Shown: positions 9,302-18,899 of the stretch, piece after piece
Numbering within the stretch: position 1 is the stretch's first letter
How the letters are laid out: every line of letters starts with the position of its first letter
DNA from: Planctomycetia bacterium
GTDB lineage: Bacteria > Planctomycetota > Planctomycetia > Pirellulales > UBA1268
Direction of reading: 5' to 3'
DNA length: 47,560 nucleotides
Assembly (NCBI GenBank): GCA_009926295.1
Contig: RFPF01000001.1
Location: 1-47,560, forward strand
Notes under the pieces: generated by a model
Database searches by the model: none
What the model was told of the DNA's origin: nothing
What the model saw: only the letters and a program-made list of their open reading frames with translations
Made by a program: the position numbers and the translations under genes

Positions 9302-10147
9302 TCAGGCCCAGCCATAGATACGATCGAGGCGTTCCTGCCTCGCGAACACCACGTCCCGCTCGAAGGCATACGGGCCCAGTTCCCGGCCATAGCACTGGAA
9401 TATTGCCGGATAAAGCCCGGCGTCGCACAGGATCTTGCAGGCGGGCGCGAAGGACGGAACCTTTTTTTCATACTCGCCGGCAAAGCTGAGTTCCGCGAGA
9501 ACGACGTCGACTCCCGGGAGCGTCGCGACGGCTCCGGCAAGCGCCTCGACCTCGTGGCCCTGCACGTCGATTTTCAGCACCACCGTGTCGTATCGTTGGG
9601 CATCGAGACCGAACGAGTCGAGGCTCTCCACGGAAACCACGCATTCGTCGGACATGAGGATGGATCGCTCGGCCTGGGTCGCGGCATATTCCTCGAGGGT
9701 CGAGTACACGGTGTTCTGCGCAAGGCGAAAAGTCGCCTGCCGCCGCTCGTTCGAGAGCGCGACGTTGTGCACCCGCACTTTCGCGTCGGTGGAAAATCGT
9801 CGCTGGTAGGCTGCGAAAGCCCGCGGATCCGGCTCGAATGCCACGATGTCAGAGGCCGGGAAGAAGGCACGGAAATCGCCGGCCCAGTCACCGGCGTTGC
9901 CACCAATATCGACCAGAAGAACGCTGTCGCCTCCCTCGATGAACCGAGCGAGGTTGAGGAAATCCTCGTAACGCGCCGGGTTTCTCCAGATCTTCCAGCC
10001 CAGGCCCGGGGGCGTAGCCCCACCACGGCGTCGGTCTCGCAGGTATTCGGAAAGCAGCAGGCCACGCACCTCGAACGCGTGGCCATAGTGGTGGAGGGCT
10101 CTGGCGGCGCGGGTCAGGATTCCGGGCTGCACATCGGCTTCAGCCAT
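9302..10147 (-). CDS. FkbM-family methyltransferase
   Basis: LLVDIGGNAGDWAGDF, VAFEPDPRAFAAYQRRF, VHNVALSNERRQATF and VLKIDVQGHEVEAL match the FkbM methyltransferase pattern. The start is placed at ATG 10147 (MAEADV..). The longer track ORF N-terminus is Arg/Gly junk. Confidence 0.75.
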   Translation of the reverse strand: MAEADVQPGILTRAARALHHYGHAFEVRGLLLSEYLRDRRRGGATPPGLGWKIWRNPARYEDFLNLARFIEGGDSVLLVDIGGNAGDWAGDFRAFFPASDIVAFEPDPRAFAAYQRRFSTDAKVRVHNVALSNERRQATFRLAQNTVYSTLEEYAATQAERSILMSDECVVSVESLDSFGLDAQRYDTVVLKIDVQGHEVEALAGAVATLPGVDVVLAELSFAGEYEKKVPSFAPACKILCDAGLYPAIFQCYGRELGPYAFERDVVFARQERLDRIYGWA

Positions 10148-10788
10148 GCGATCACTCCTTGCTTCGGAAAGGCCTGGGCCGGAGAAAAATCGGTGATGAA
10201 CTCGCACCTCCCGCCGACCGAGAGCGCATACTCCTGCACCGCGTCGACCAACTTCTGCATCTCCGGCACGGCGGCTCGCTTGTCCGAATCGTCCACGTAG
10301 ATCACTCCGTCCGGCTTGCACTGACGCATCGACCACAGCGCACAATCAAGTCGGTGGTCGCCATCTATAATGAGGAGGTCGATGTCTTGTGGAACGCAAC
10401 CACCTGCTTGGACGTAGCGTTCCCGGGTGTCGGCATGAACCAGTCGTACCCTTTCCCCGCAGCCGTTCGCAGCCAGAAGCTGCCTTACTTTTTGCATCCA
10501 GACCGCATCAGACTCGACAGCGACCACGTGAGCCGCGCGCCGCGCGAGCCACACGGTCGACATGCCCGAGCCGTACTCCAGGACAGTAGCCTCCGGTCGG
10601 CGCTCCAGGAAACGCCGCAGACGCTCGGCCGCGTCGAAAGGAATCCAGGGCGAGACCGGCCGAGTACCGCACGCGACACGCAGGCAGGACTGAAAAACCG
10701 CCAGCGGTGCGTGCCGAAGAAATCGTCCGCACGAAACCGTTTCACCCAGTTCATCGGTCAGACGCCGACGCCACGGAATGTTCGACAT
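10114..10788 (-). CDS. class I SAM-dependent methyltransferase (O-methyltransferase-like)
   Basis: VLEYGSGMSTVWLARRAAHVVAVESD (SAM motif I) and DLLIIDGDHRLDCALWSMRQCKPDGVIYVDD. Start ATG 10788 (MSNIPWRRR). The 3' end overlaps the downstream FkbM start by about 34 nt. Confidence 0.65.
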   Translation of the reverse strand: MSNIPWRRRLTDELGETVSCGRFLRHAPLAVFQSCLRVACGTRPVSPWIPFDAAERLRRFLERRPEATVLEYGSGMSTVWLARRAAHVVAVESDAVWMQKVRQLLAANGCGERVRLVHADTRERYVQAGGCVPQDIDLLIIDGDHRLDCALWSMRQCKPDGVIYVDDSDKRAAVPEMQKLVDAVQEYALSVGGRCEFITDFSPAQAFPKQGVIAWLKPMCSPES

Positions 10789-10961
10789 GGGTTTCAACGC
10801 CTGCACCGTAGAGGTCGGCCGCCAAACCCTGGATCTTACCCGACGAATGGCGCCGATCCGAAAGCGATCTTCGCAGGGGGGGGTGTCGGATCGGTATCGG
10901 ACGGGCGGCAACCGTCCGACGCCTCTCCTTCGCCCGGGTTCACGCGTTCGCACAGGGAAAC

Positions 10962-12839
10962 ATGAACTCCACACCCGTCCCGCCGAGGCCGCTCGCGGAA
11001 CGAGCGGCCGTCGCCATCGTCGCCGTGGCTGTCGTCGCGGGCCCCCTGGCCCTCGGCTGCTCGAGTGCCGCCGCACGGTTCGGGCTGGAGACTTCGTGCA
11101 TCGCCGCGGTCTTGCTCTGGCTGTGCTGCAAGCCGTCACGCCCGCGGCTGTTCTGGGCTCCGGTGTTTACGTTTGCGGCCCTGCTCGTCCAGAACGCGCC
11201 GCTCCCCGATCGACTGCTCGTGAACCTCGCCCCGGTGTCGGCGGGCGCCTGGAAGATCGCCAACGAGACGAGCCCTTCGGCATGGGGATGCATTTCGATC
11301 AACCCGGCCTGCTCATTCACGTCCGCATGCCGCGTGCTGCTGCTGGCGGCCGTCCTCGCGAGCGTGATCGATCTGGGGCGCTACCGGTCGCATAGGTTCG
11401 TGCTGTTCGCGGCACTCGCGACGTCGGCGAGCCTCATCGTCGGACTCGGGCTGTGCTTCGGGAGCGCACGGCAGTCCCGGGTGCTTCTGGGCATCTACGA
11501 TCTTTCGGGGCCTCTCACAAAAACCGAGAACCCGCTGCTACTCACCGAGCAGACCAACGGCCTTGGCTGGCCGGAGGAGCAAACGGTCGAAAACCGACGC
11601 TTCGTCGTCGAGAATCGTGGCATCGGCGATGGGTTCGGATGCTACCGCTACAGCAATCATTTCGCAGGTGGCACCGTTCTGACGCTGCCGATCGCCGTCG
11701 CTCTCTGGCTCTGGGCCTCTCAAAAACACCTTTCCTTGACACGGCGATCTGCGATGGCGGGCGTCATGCTCGGCATCGGGCTCTTCGTCGTGGGTGGCAT
11801 GGCGCAATCCCGGGCGGGCACGGCGGCACTCGTTTTCTCGGCGATGATTTTTCTATCCATCGCCTTCACTGCTCCATGGGCCAGACTCGCAATGGGGTGG
11901 GTCGCCGCCGTCTACGCGGGCGTCATCGTGGCGGGCCTCGCGGTGATGCTGGGGGCGTGGCACTGGTTGCTGCCCATGCTCACGGCCGATTGGCAGAAGC
12001 GGATCGATTTTCTCCTCAGCGACGGGAGGGCCCTTGCGGCCCAGATCGCAGTCCGCATGTTTCGGGCGTCGCCTTGGCTGGGCACCGGGCTGACGTCGTT
12101 CGAGCAGATTTTCCCCCGCTTTCATTCCGGCCACACCCGGCTGTACTTCGCGCACAACGACTACGCGCAGATCCTGGCGGAAACCGGCCTCGTGGGCGCG
12201 CTCATCCTCGGCGTCGTGGTGATCGTCGTCGGCATGCGTTTCAGACGATTCCTCGCGGGGGCGACGGGGGGCTACAGGCTCCTCAACGCCGGCCCATGGG
12301 CCGCACTTGCCGGCATCGTCGTCCATTCGGCGTTTGACTGGAACATGTATCTCCCGGCGAATGCATTCCTCTGCGCCGTGGTGCTCGCGCTGTGCATTTC
12401 GAGCGTTCCTTCGGCCTCGCCCCCCGGTTCGCTCTCACCATATCGACGCTGGATGGCCGTGACCGGAAGATGGCTCCTGTTGGCAATCGTCGTCGGCGCG
12501 TACGCCGTCGTGAGTCGCGACCTCGTTTCCGAAATCAGTCGGAAAAACCTCGGGGAGGCGATGATCGCCGACCGGCTCGAGACCCGATCGCCTCCCCGGC
12601 CGGAGGTGGTCGAACGGCTCGCGGATGCGATTGCCGCCGCGGAGTCCGTCGCCGCGGTGGATCCTCGGAACGCGTCCCTCGCCGTCGCCCTGAGCCAGGC
12701 ACACCTCAGGCTCGCGGCACGCCAGACGGATCCGGAACCGAAGCAGCGGTCTCTGCGGGAATCCGTGGCATGGGGGGCCCGAGCAAGAAGCCTCAATGCA
12801 ACGTGCCGGGGGATTCCCGAAGAGGGAGGAAACCGGTGA
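10962..12839 (+). CDS. O-antigen ligase / polymerase-like (Wzy_C domain) polytopic membrane protein with soluble C-terminal tail
   Basis: Many hydrophobic spans. Wzy_C hallmark YFAHNDYAQILAETGLVGALILGVVV. The C-terminal ~130 aa is helical and TPR-like. Confidence 0.8.
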   Translation: MNSTPVPPRPLAERAAVAIVAVAVVAGPLALGCSSAAARFGLETSCIAAVLLWLCCKPSRPRLFWAPVFTFAALLVQNAPLPDRLLVNLAPVSAGAWKIANETSPSAWGCISINPACSFTSACRVLLLAAVLASVIDLGRYRSHRFVLFAALATSASLIVGLGLCFGSARQSRVLLGIYDLSGPLTKTENPLLLTEQTNGLGWPEEQTVENRRFVVENRGIGDGFGCYRYSNHFAGGTVLTLPIAVALWLWASQKHLSLTRRSAMAGVMLGIGLFVVGGMAQSRAGTAALVFSAMIFLSIAFTAPWARLAMGWVAAVYAGVIVAGLAVMLGAWHWLLPMLTADWQKRIDFLLSDGRALAAQIAVRMFRASPWLGTGLTSFEQIFPRFHSGHTRLYFAHNDYAQILAETGLVGALILGVVVIVVGMRFRRFLAGATGGYRLLNAGPWAALAGIVVHSAFDWNMYLPANAFLCAVVLALCISSVPSASPPGSLSPYRRWMAVTGRWLLLAIVVGAYAVVSRDLVSEISRKNLGEAMIADRLETRSPPRPEVVERLADAIAAAESVAAVDPRNASLAVALSQAHLRLAARQTDPEPKQRSLRESVAWGARARSLNATCRGIPEEGGNR

Positions 12840-12889
12840 CGCCTCGATCCACGGCAAACCCTGCTCCAGCGCAATGCGCCGCGGGCCAC

Positions 12890-12916
12890 CCGGCCCGTCG
12901 GCCGGGCCGGCCCTTT
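12890..12916 (+). terminator. possible intrinsic terminator hairpin between convergent genes
   Basis: ccggccc (12890-12896) pairs with gggccgg (12904-12910) around a 7-nt loop, followed by cccttt. The T-tract is weak, so this is tentative. Confidence 0.25.
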
Positions 12917-14838
12917 CAAGCCGTGGGCTTCGCGAGGTAGGTCCCCAACCCCAACACCACCAGAGCCAACGGCCGTGACCAGTGCATCGACTTCGGGTCT
13001 TCGAGGAACAGCCGCCACGTGCGGGTCACCTCGTCACCGTCGATGAACGGCTGCGCGGCGAGCTGCCCGATCGCGGTGGTGCATGGATCCCTCATCTCGC
13101 TCCGCATCCAGTCGCCGATGGGAAGCGTGAAGCCCGTCTTCGGCCGGCTCGACACCCGCTGGCTCAGCACGTGGTCGCCCGCGGCCCGGAGCAACGGCTT
13201 GGATTTTCCGCCTGCCTGACGCTTCACGCGGCCCGGCAGGGCCGACACGTAGTCCACGAGCGGCAGGTCGAGGAACGGCACGCGCACCTCGAGCGAGTGC
13301 CGCATGCTGTTGGCGTCGGTATCCCTCAGCAGGGTGTCGCCCATGTAGTGGGTGGCCTCGAGCCGCGCGACGGTGTTGAACGCATCGCCGTCAAAGGCGG
13401 GCTCGATCCGGTCGGCACCCTTGCCGAGGTAGTCTGGAGCCAGGCCGAACAGGTCGGGCGAGAGGCCCATTGCCCGGATGCGCTGATCGGAGAGGGCCCG
13501 GCGGAGCGAGCGGGCGACTCCCGCCACGCTCGTGTCGCCGGCCACGAGGTCTGCCAGCTTCTCCGTGAAGCCAGGGGGGCCGAACGCCGCGGCGAGGGAA
13601 GAGACGGCAGCCTGCCGCAGCGATCGTGGAATGAAGCCGACGGCGCGGAGCAGGTTCGACAGCCTGGGGGCCCGGGTGAAGGTGCCATAGCCTCCGAAAA
13701 GTTCGTCCGCCCCGAGGCCCGACAGGCCCACCACCACGCCCTCGCCCGCCAGCCGGCGACTGACGACGTAGGTGTTGAAGCCGTCGATGCTGGGGCTGTC
13801 CATGCCCTGCAGCCAGTCGTGCCACTTTTCGGGCATGTTGTGCGCGTCGAGCTCGACCGCCACGTGCTCGATGCCGAGCGCCCGTGCGGTCTCGGCGGCC
13901 AAGTGCACCTCGTCTTCGCCGTGCACCGCACCGAAGCCGACCGTAAACGCCGTGACCCTGGGCGTGTATTCGCGGGCGAACGACGCTATCACCGTGCTGT
14001 CGATCCCTGCCGACAGGAAAACCCCCACGGGCACGTCTGCCACGAGGTGCCGCAGCACCGCTTGGTGGAGCAGGTCGTGCACCCTCTTCGCAGCCAGCCG
14101 CGGGTCGTCGGTGACGGGTCGCCGCGGGAAATCCCAATACCGCCGGGGGCTGGCGGCAACCCTCCCGCCGGCGACACCGGCATCTATCCACTGGACGTTT
14201 CCCGGAGGAAAAGCATGGATGTGCCGATAGACCGTGCGCGGCGACTGCACGGCACCGTAGGCGAGCATGCCGGAGATGCCCGCGAGGTCGAGATCCAGGG
14301 GAACGAGGCCGGCCGAGAGAAGCGGCTGGATTTCGCTCGCGAACAGGAACCTGTCCGGAAGGGCGGCCACGTAGAGCGGCTTGATGCCGAGCGGGTCGCG
14401 GGCGAGGAGGATCCGGCGCGATTCCGCATGGTAGAAGGCGAAGGCAAACATGCCCTGCAGCCGCTCGACTGCCGCCTCGCCCCAGGTGGAGAGTGCCTGG
14501 AGCAGGACCTCGGTATCGCTCGTGCTGCGGAACACCACGCCGGCCAACTGCAGTTCCGCGCGCAGCTGGCGGAAATTGTAGATCTCGCCGTTGAAGACGA
14601 GGCAGTCGCCCGTTCGCTCGTTGAACATCGGCTGATGGCCGGCGGGCGAGAGATCGAGGATCGCCAGCCGCCGAAATCCGAAGCCCGCCACGGGGCCCGC
14701 CGCGTCGCCCTGTCCGAGCGACAGGAGTTCGAAACCCTCGTCATCCGGGCCGCGGTGCCGCATCGCGCGCATCATCGCCCTCACGGCCGGTTCGACGGGC
14801 CGGGGGTCCGCACTGATGACACCGCAGATGCCGCACAC
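12916..14838 (-). CDS. asnB: asparagine synthase (glutamine-hydrolysing) family amidotransferase, paralog 1
   Basis: GTG start immediately followed by Cys (V-CGICGVIS), giving the class II amidotransferase N-terminal nucleophile. DCLVFNGEIYNF, MFAFAFYH, RDPLGIKPLY. PP-loop region VGVFLSAGIDST. Confidence 0.85.
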   Translation of the reverse strand: MCGICGVISADPRPVEPAVRAMMRAMRHRGPDDEGFELLSLGQGDAAGPVAGFGFRRLAILDLSPAGHQPMFNERTGDCLVFNGEIYNFRQLRAELQLAGVVFRSTSDTEVLLQALSTWGEAAVERLQGMFAFAFYHAESRRILLARDPLGIKPLYVAALPDRFLFASEIQPLLSAGLVPLDLDLAGISGMLAYGAVQSPRTVYRHIHAFPPGNVQWIDAGVAGGRVAASPRRYWDFPRRPVTDDPRLAAKRVHDLLHQAVLRHLVADVPVGVFLSAGIDSTVIASFAREYTPRVTAFTVGFGAVHGEDEVHLAAETARALGIEHVAVELDAHNMPEKWHDWLQGMDSPSIDGFNTYVVSRRLAGEGVVVGLSGLGADELFGGYGTFTRAPRLSNLLRAVGFIPRSLRQAAVSSLAAAFGPPGFTEKLADLVAGDTSVAGVARSLRRALSDQRIRAMGLSPDLFGLAPDYLGKGADRIEPAFDGDAFNTVARLEATHYMGDTLLRDTDANSMRHSLEVRVPFLDLPLVDYVSALPGRVKRQAGGKSKPLLRAAGDHVLSQRVSSRPKTGFTLPIGDWMRSEMRDPCTTAIGQLAAQPFIDGDEVTRTWRLFLEDPKSMHWSRPLALVVLGLGTYLAKPTA

Positions 14839-14913
14839 GCGAGGAATCCCTCTCTGCCGGGGCGCGACCGCGCCCGCCACGATCCCGGCGCGCGACACCA
14901 TGCCGCTCGCCGA

Positions 14914-15321
14914 TCAGCCGTCGAGGCGGGACGGCGGACGCAGGATCGACAGGGGATGCCCGGCCAGCGGGCCAGGGTGAGATGCCTCCGGCACGTGCGA
15001 CCGCCGGAGTTCGGGGACGACGTGACCGAGAACCACGACCGACGTGATGGCCTCGACCTCGTCCGCCCCGGACGACTGTCGCTCGCACCGATGCCGCGGC
15101 GCACGCGGAAGCCTGAGATTGAGGGACGAGACGTTGTCGATCCGGGCATGCGTCGCGGCCTGCACCACCGCCTGCGTCGACTGTCCGCCAACGCGCGGCA
15201 CGGCGACCCGCGGAGCGGTGTGCCCGGCAGGCGATTTCAGTGATTCCGCGGCGCAGACGAGCCCGAGGATCAACGTGCCTGCGGTGATTGCGGCGAGCGT
15301 CGCTGTCGAATGGAGTTGCAT
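14914..15321 (-). CDS. hypothetical small protein with N-terminal signal/TM segment
   Basis: A 135-codon ORF exactly fills the gap between the two asnB paralogs on the same strand. N-terminus MQLHSTATLAAITAGTLILGLVCAAES is hydrophobic. Third codon positions are mostly G/C, as in the neighbouring real genes. I recognise no family. Confidence 0.4.
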   Translation of the reverse strand: MQLHSTATLAAITAGTLILGLVCAAESLKSPAGHTAPRVAVPRVGGQSTQAVVQAATHARIDNVSSLNLRLPRAPRHRCERQSSGADEVEAITSVVVLGHVVPELRRSHVPEASHPGPLAGHPLSILRPPSRLDG

Positions 15322-15394
15322 CGGCGAAAGGGCCGCGGCATCGCAACCCCCGTGAACCTACCTAACGATACCCTCCCGCCCCGGAGCCCGGCAC

Positions 15395-17341
15395 TTACAA
15401 GGCCGTAAGCGGGGCCGGTCGGCGGCTTTTCACCGTGGCGAGATAACTGCCCAATGCGACGAGGGAGAGCGGCCGCGACCAGTGCACGCCGTGCCGCCTG
15501 GCCGCGTAGCCCGCCCAGAGGCGGCCGATCGACCCCGCGGGAAAGATCGGGCAGTCGGCGAGCGTGCCGACGGCCGCCTCGCACTGGTCGCGAAGCGGCC
15601 CGAACATCCACTCTCCAAGCGGCAGGGAGAAGCCCCGCTTGGGACGCGCGAACGTGTCGTACGGGAGCACCGAACCCATCGCCCGGCGAAGGAGGTGCTT
15701 TGGCGACGATCCCCTCGGCTGCTTCACGACGCTCGGCAGGGCCGCAACCCCCTCCGCGAGCCAGCGACCGAGGAAGGGCACGCGGATTTCGAGCGAGTGG
15801 GCCATGCCGTTGGTGTCGGAGTCGCGCAGCAGCGTGTTACCCATGTAGAGCAGGCACTCGGCCTGCGATACGGCGTGAAACACGTCGCGGTCGGAGGCAC
15901 CGCACTGCTCGAGGGCGGCCGGAGGCAGAAACTGGCGCGTGAGTCCGAGATTCGTCGCGTCGAGCCCCAGCTGCCGCATGCCGGCGTCGCTCGTGAGCCG
16001 GCGAAACTGGCTCGCGATCTCGAGGGGCCGTCCGCCCCCCGAGACGAGGTCGATCGCCTTCGCCCGCTTTCCCTCCGGAAGCTTCGCGAACATCACGCTC
16101 GCGACCGCGCGGCGCAGCCGGGCCGGAACCAGCGCCAGCGGCCTCAGCCACCGGGCAGCCCTGGCAACGCCCGCGAAGCTCGGATACCCGCCGAAGAGCT
16201 CGTCGGCCCCCAGGCCCGAGAGCGCCGCGGTGATGCCGCCCTGCTTCACGACGCCGCTCACGACGTAGGTGTTGAGCCCGTCGATGCTCGGCCTGTCGGC
16301 CGAGCGCAGCCATTCGTGCCACTGCAGCAGGATCCAGTCGTCGTCGAGAACCGTCTGCTGGTGCCGGGTGCCGAGTGCCCGGGCCGTGGCGGCGGCGTCG
16401 GCGAGCTCGTCGCAGCCGCCGGCGGCCTCGAACCCGACGGAAAACGTGTGCACGGGCGATCGGTGGGCCCGCGCGAGGGCAGCGATCGCGGCCGAGTCGA
16501 TGCCGCCGGAGAGGAACACCCCGAGCGGCACGTCGGCGGTGCACTGATCGCGCACCGAGGCGTTGAGCTGCCTCTGGATGGTCCGCACCGCCCTCGCCTC
16601 CTCGATCGGGCCGCCGGCGTCCGGAAACCGCCAGAACCGCCGCGACACCGGCTGACACCCGACGGCATCGCTGCCGATCCATGCACACGCCCCGGCCGGC
16701 AGCGACTGGATCGCGCGGTGCACCGTGAGCGGATCCTGGGGAGCGCCGTAGGCGAGGAACGAGGCGATCCCGGCGGGATCGAGGTCGTCGGGCACCAGCC
16801 CCGAGGCGATGATCGCGCGGACCTCGCTCGCGAACACGAAGGCATTGTGGGCCCGGGCCACATAGAGCGGCTTGATGCCGAACGGATCACGTGCGAGCAG
16901 CACGCGGCGGCTCCTCGCATGGTAGAACGCGAACGCGAACATTCCGTCGAGTTCGTCGATCGCCTTCTCTCCCCAGGCGACGAGCGCGTGGAGCAAAACC
17001 TCGGTGTCGCCGGAACTTCTCACCTCCACACCGATCGACTCGAGCTTGGCCCGCAGCCAGCGGAAGTTGTAGATCTCGCCGTTGAACACGAGGCAGTCGC
17101 CGGATTCGGGATGCACCATGGGCTGGTGGCCGGCCGGCGAGAGGTCGAGGATCGCAAGCCGCCGAAAACCGAGCCCCACCGTGCCGGCCGTCGGCCCGGC
17201 GCCATGCCCCCCGGCGACGATCGGAAACTCCTCGTAGCCCTCGTCATCGGGGCCGCGATGCACCATCGACCGCATCATGGCGCGAACGGCCGGCTCCACC
17301 AGCCGCTTGTCGGCACCAATGACTCCGGCGATCCCGCACAT
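15395..17341 (-). CDS. asnB: asparagine synthase (glutamine-hydrolysing) family amidotransferase, paralog 2
   Basis: MCGIAGVIGAD start (ATG 17341). DCLVFNGEIYNF, MFAFAFYH, RDPFGIKPLY, LGVFLSGGIDSAAIAA. Clearly paralogous to 12916..14838. The remaining 5' part of the 1234-aa track ORF is shadow. Confidence 0.85.
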   Translation of the reverse strand: MCGIAGVIGADKRLVEPAVRAMMRSMVHRGPDDEGYEEFPIVAGGHGAGPTAGTVGLGFRRLAILDLSPAGHQPMVHPESGDCLVFNGEIYNFRWLRAKLESIGVEVRSSGDTEVLLHALVAWGEKAIDELDGMFAFAFYHARSRRVLLARDPFGIKPLYVARAHNAFVFASEVRAIIASGLVPDDLDPAGIASFLAYGAPQDPLTVHRAIQSLPAGACAWIGSDAVGCQPVSRRFWRFPDAGGPIEEARAVRTIQRQLNASVRDQCTADVPLGVFLSGGIDSAAIAALARAHRSPVHTFSVGFEAAGGCDELADAAATARALGTRHQQTVLDDDWILLQWHEWLRSADRPSIDGLNTYVVSGVVKQGGITAALSGLGADELFGGYPSFAGVARAARWLRPLALVPARLRRAVASVMFAKLPEGKRAKAIDLVSGGGRPLEIASQFRRLTSDAGMRQLGLDATNLGLTRQFLPPAALEQCGASDRDVFHAVSQAECLLYMGNTLLRDSDTNGMAHSLEIRVPFLGRWLAEGVAALPSVVKQPRGSSPKHLLRRAMGSVLPYDTFARPKRGFSLPLGEWMFGPLRDQCEAAVGTLADCPIFPAGSIGRLWAGYAARRHGVHWSRPLSLVALGSYLATVKSRRPAPLTAL

Positions 17342-17572
17342 GGCTCGGCCCCTGTTGCAGCGCGAGATTATCCCACGGCGTCGAGTGAGCCCGGCATGAG
17401 AAAAACAAACTGGCGGAAGTGTCAGGAATTCGCCTGTCCGCCGCGTCGGACAATTGACTTTCCCGGGGGATTGCCCAAAACTCGACCATCTATGGATCGG
17501 CACGACACGCGACGCACGGCACATGGCGGGCACGATTCCGAGCCCGCCCGCCCCGTGACGGAGGGGGCCGGC

Positions 17573-18841
17573 GTGAATGCCATCTTCATCGGGGTGTGCT
17601 CCGCGATCCTTGCCTGCCTCGCTGCCGCATGGAGTGAGGGGCGCGCAACGGCGGAATCTCCGGCGGACTGGCCGCGGTGGCGCGGTCACGAGGGCGGCGG
17701 GCAGGGAGGCGACGTCGCGCTGCCCGAGGACTGGAGCGCCGCCGCCTGGACATGGACGGCCGATCTCCCGGGCGAGGGACATTCCTCGCCGGTCGTGTTT
17801 CGAGGGCACCTCTACGCCGCCTCCGCCGACGAGCCCTCCGGGAAGCGGTTTCTCACGTGCCACGATGCCGCCGACGGCAGCCTCCGCTGGCAGCGGGAGT
17901 TCGCCGGGCCGATCGAGCCGCACCACGCGCAGAACAGCTCCGCCTCGGGCACCGTGGCAGCGAGCGAGGACGGCGTGTTTTGGCTGTGGGCCACGAAGGA
18001 CAACCTGCGGGTCGAGGCGCTCTCGCACGCCGGTGCCCCGCTCTGGCACGTCGATCTCGGGCCGTACGCGTGCGAGCACGGCTTCGGCGCGTCGCCCGCC
18101 ATCTGGCGGAACACTGTGATCGTGCCGATCGATCAGGACGGGCCCAGCGCGATCGTGGCTCTCGACACAAAGACCGGCCGGGAACGCTGGCGGGTCGCGA
18201 GGGAAAGCGGCCGCACCTCCTACTCGACGCCGCTCGTGATCGAGCGTGCCGACGGCACGCCGCCGCAGGTCATCCTCGCCAGTAACGCACACGGCCTCAC
18301 CGGCCTCGATCCGGACAGCGGCAGCGTGCGGTGGGAATCGCGGTGCTTTCCCAAGCGCACCGTATCTTCGCCGATCGTCGTGGGTGGCAACGTCGTCTGC
18401 ACATGCGGCGAAGGGGGCGGCGACAACCTGCTCGTGGCGCTGCCGCTGCCGCTCCGTCCGCAGCCCGGAAGCGGCCAGCCGCCGGCCCCACAACCGGCCT
18501 TCACGCTCGACCGCAGCGCGGCGCCATACGTGCCGACGCCGGTTGCATCGGGTCCGCGGCTCCACCTCTGGGGTGACCGCGGGGTGGTGACGTGCGTCGA
18601 GGCCGGCAGCGGCGAGACGATGTGGAAGGGTCGCGTGGGCGGCACGTTTTCGGCGTCGCCGATCGTGGCGGGCGACGCGGTGATCAACGTCTCCGCCGAC
18701 GGCGAGGTGGTCGTGGTCGCCGACGGGGACAGTTTCGAGGTTCTCGCTCGCATGCCGCTCGGCCAAACCTGCCGGGCCACGCCCGCGGTTGCGGCAGGGC
18801 GGATCTTCTTCCGCACCGCGTCGCGCCTCTTCGCCCTCTAG
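17573..18841 (+). CDS. PQQ-like / BamB-like beta-propeller repeat protein, secreted
   Basis: Signal-like N-terminus (V)NAIFIGVCSAILACLAAAWS. Repeated propeller blades contain WPRWRG, DGSLRWQ, TGRERWR, SGSVRWE, GETMWKG. An alternative in-frame ATG lies at 17492. Confidence 0.75.
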   Translation: MNAIFIGVCSAILACLAAAWSEGRATAESPADWPRWRGHEGGGQGGDVALPEDWSAAAWTWTADLPGEGHSSPVVFRGHLYAASADEPSGKRFLTCHDAADGSLRWQREFAGPIEPHHAQNSSASGTVAASEDGVFWLWATKDNLRVEALSHAGAPLWHVDLGPYACEHGFGASPAIWRNTVIVPIDQDGPSAIVALDTKTGRERWRVARESGRTSYSTPLVIERADGTPPQVILASNAHGLTGLDPDSGSVRWESRCFPKRTVSSPIVVGGNVVCTCGEGGGDNLLVALPLPLRPQPGSGQPPAPQPAFTLDRSAAPYVPTPVASGPRLHLWGDRGVVTCVEAGSGETMWKGRVGGTFSASPIVAGDAVINVSADGEVVVVADGDSFEVLARMPLGQTCRATPAVAAGRIFFRTASRLFAL

Positions 18842-18899
18842 CCGGGGCTGAACGCGGACCACTCTCGCCGGTGTGTGTGTTTTGTTAGGCTTCGCCGCC

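Noticed and set aside
12916-17341. Possible lasso-peptide (RiPP) cluster: Asn-synthetase-like cyclases flanking a small ORF, with an ABC transporter nearby.
   Set aside because: Both AsnB homologues keep the N-terminal Cys-nucleophile glutaminase domain typical of true amidotransferases. There is no transglutaminase-like protease or PqqD/RRE gene. The small ORF is 135 aa with a signal-like N-terminus, unlike lasso precursors.
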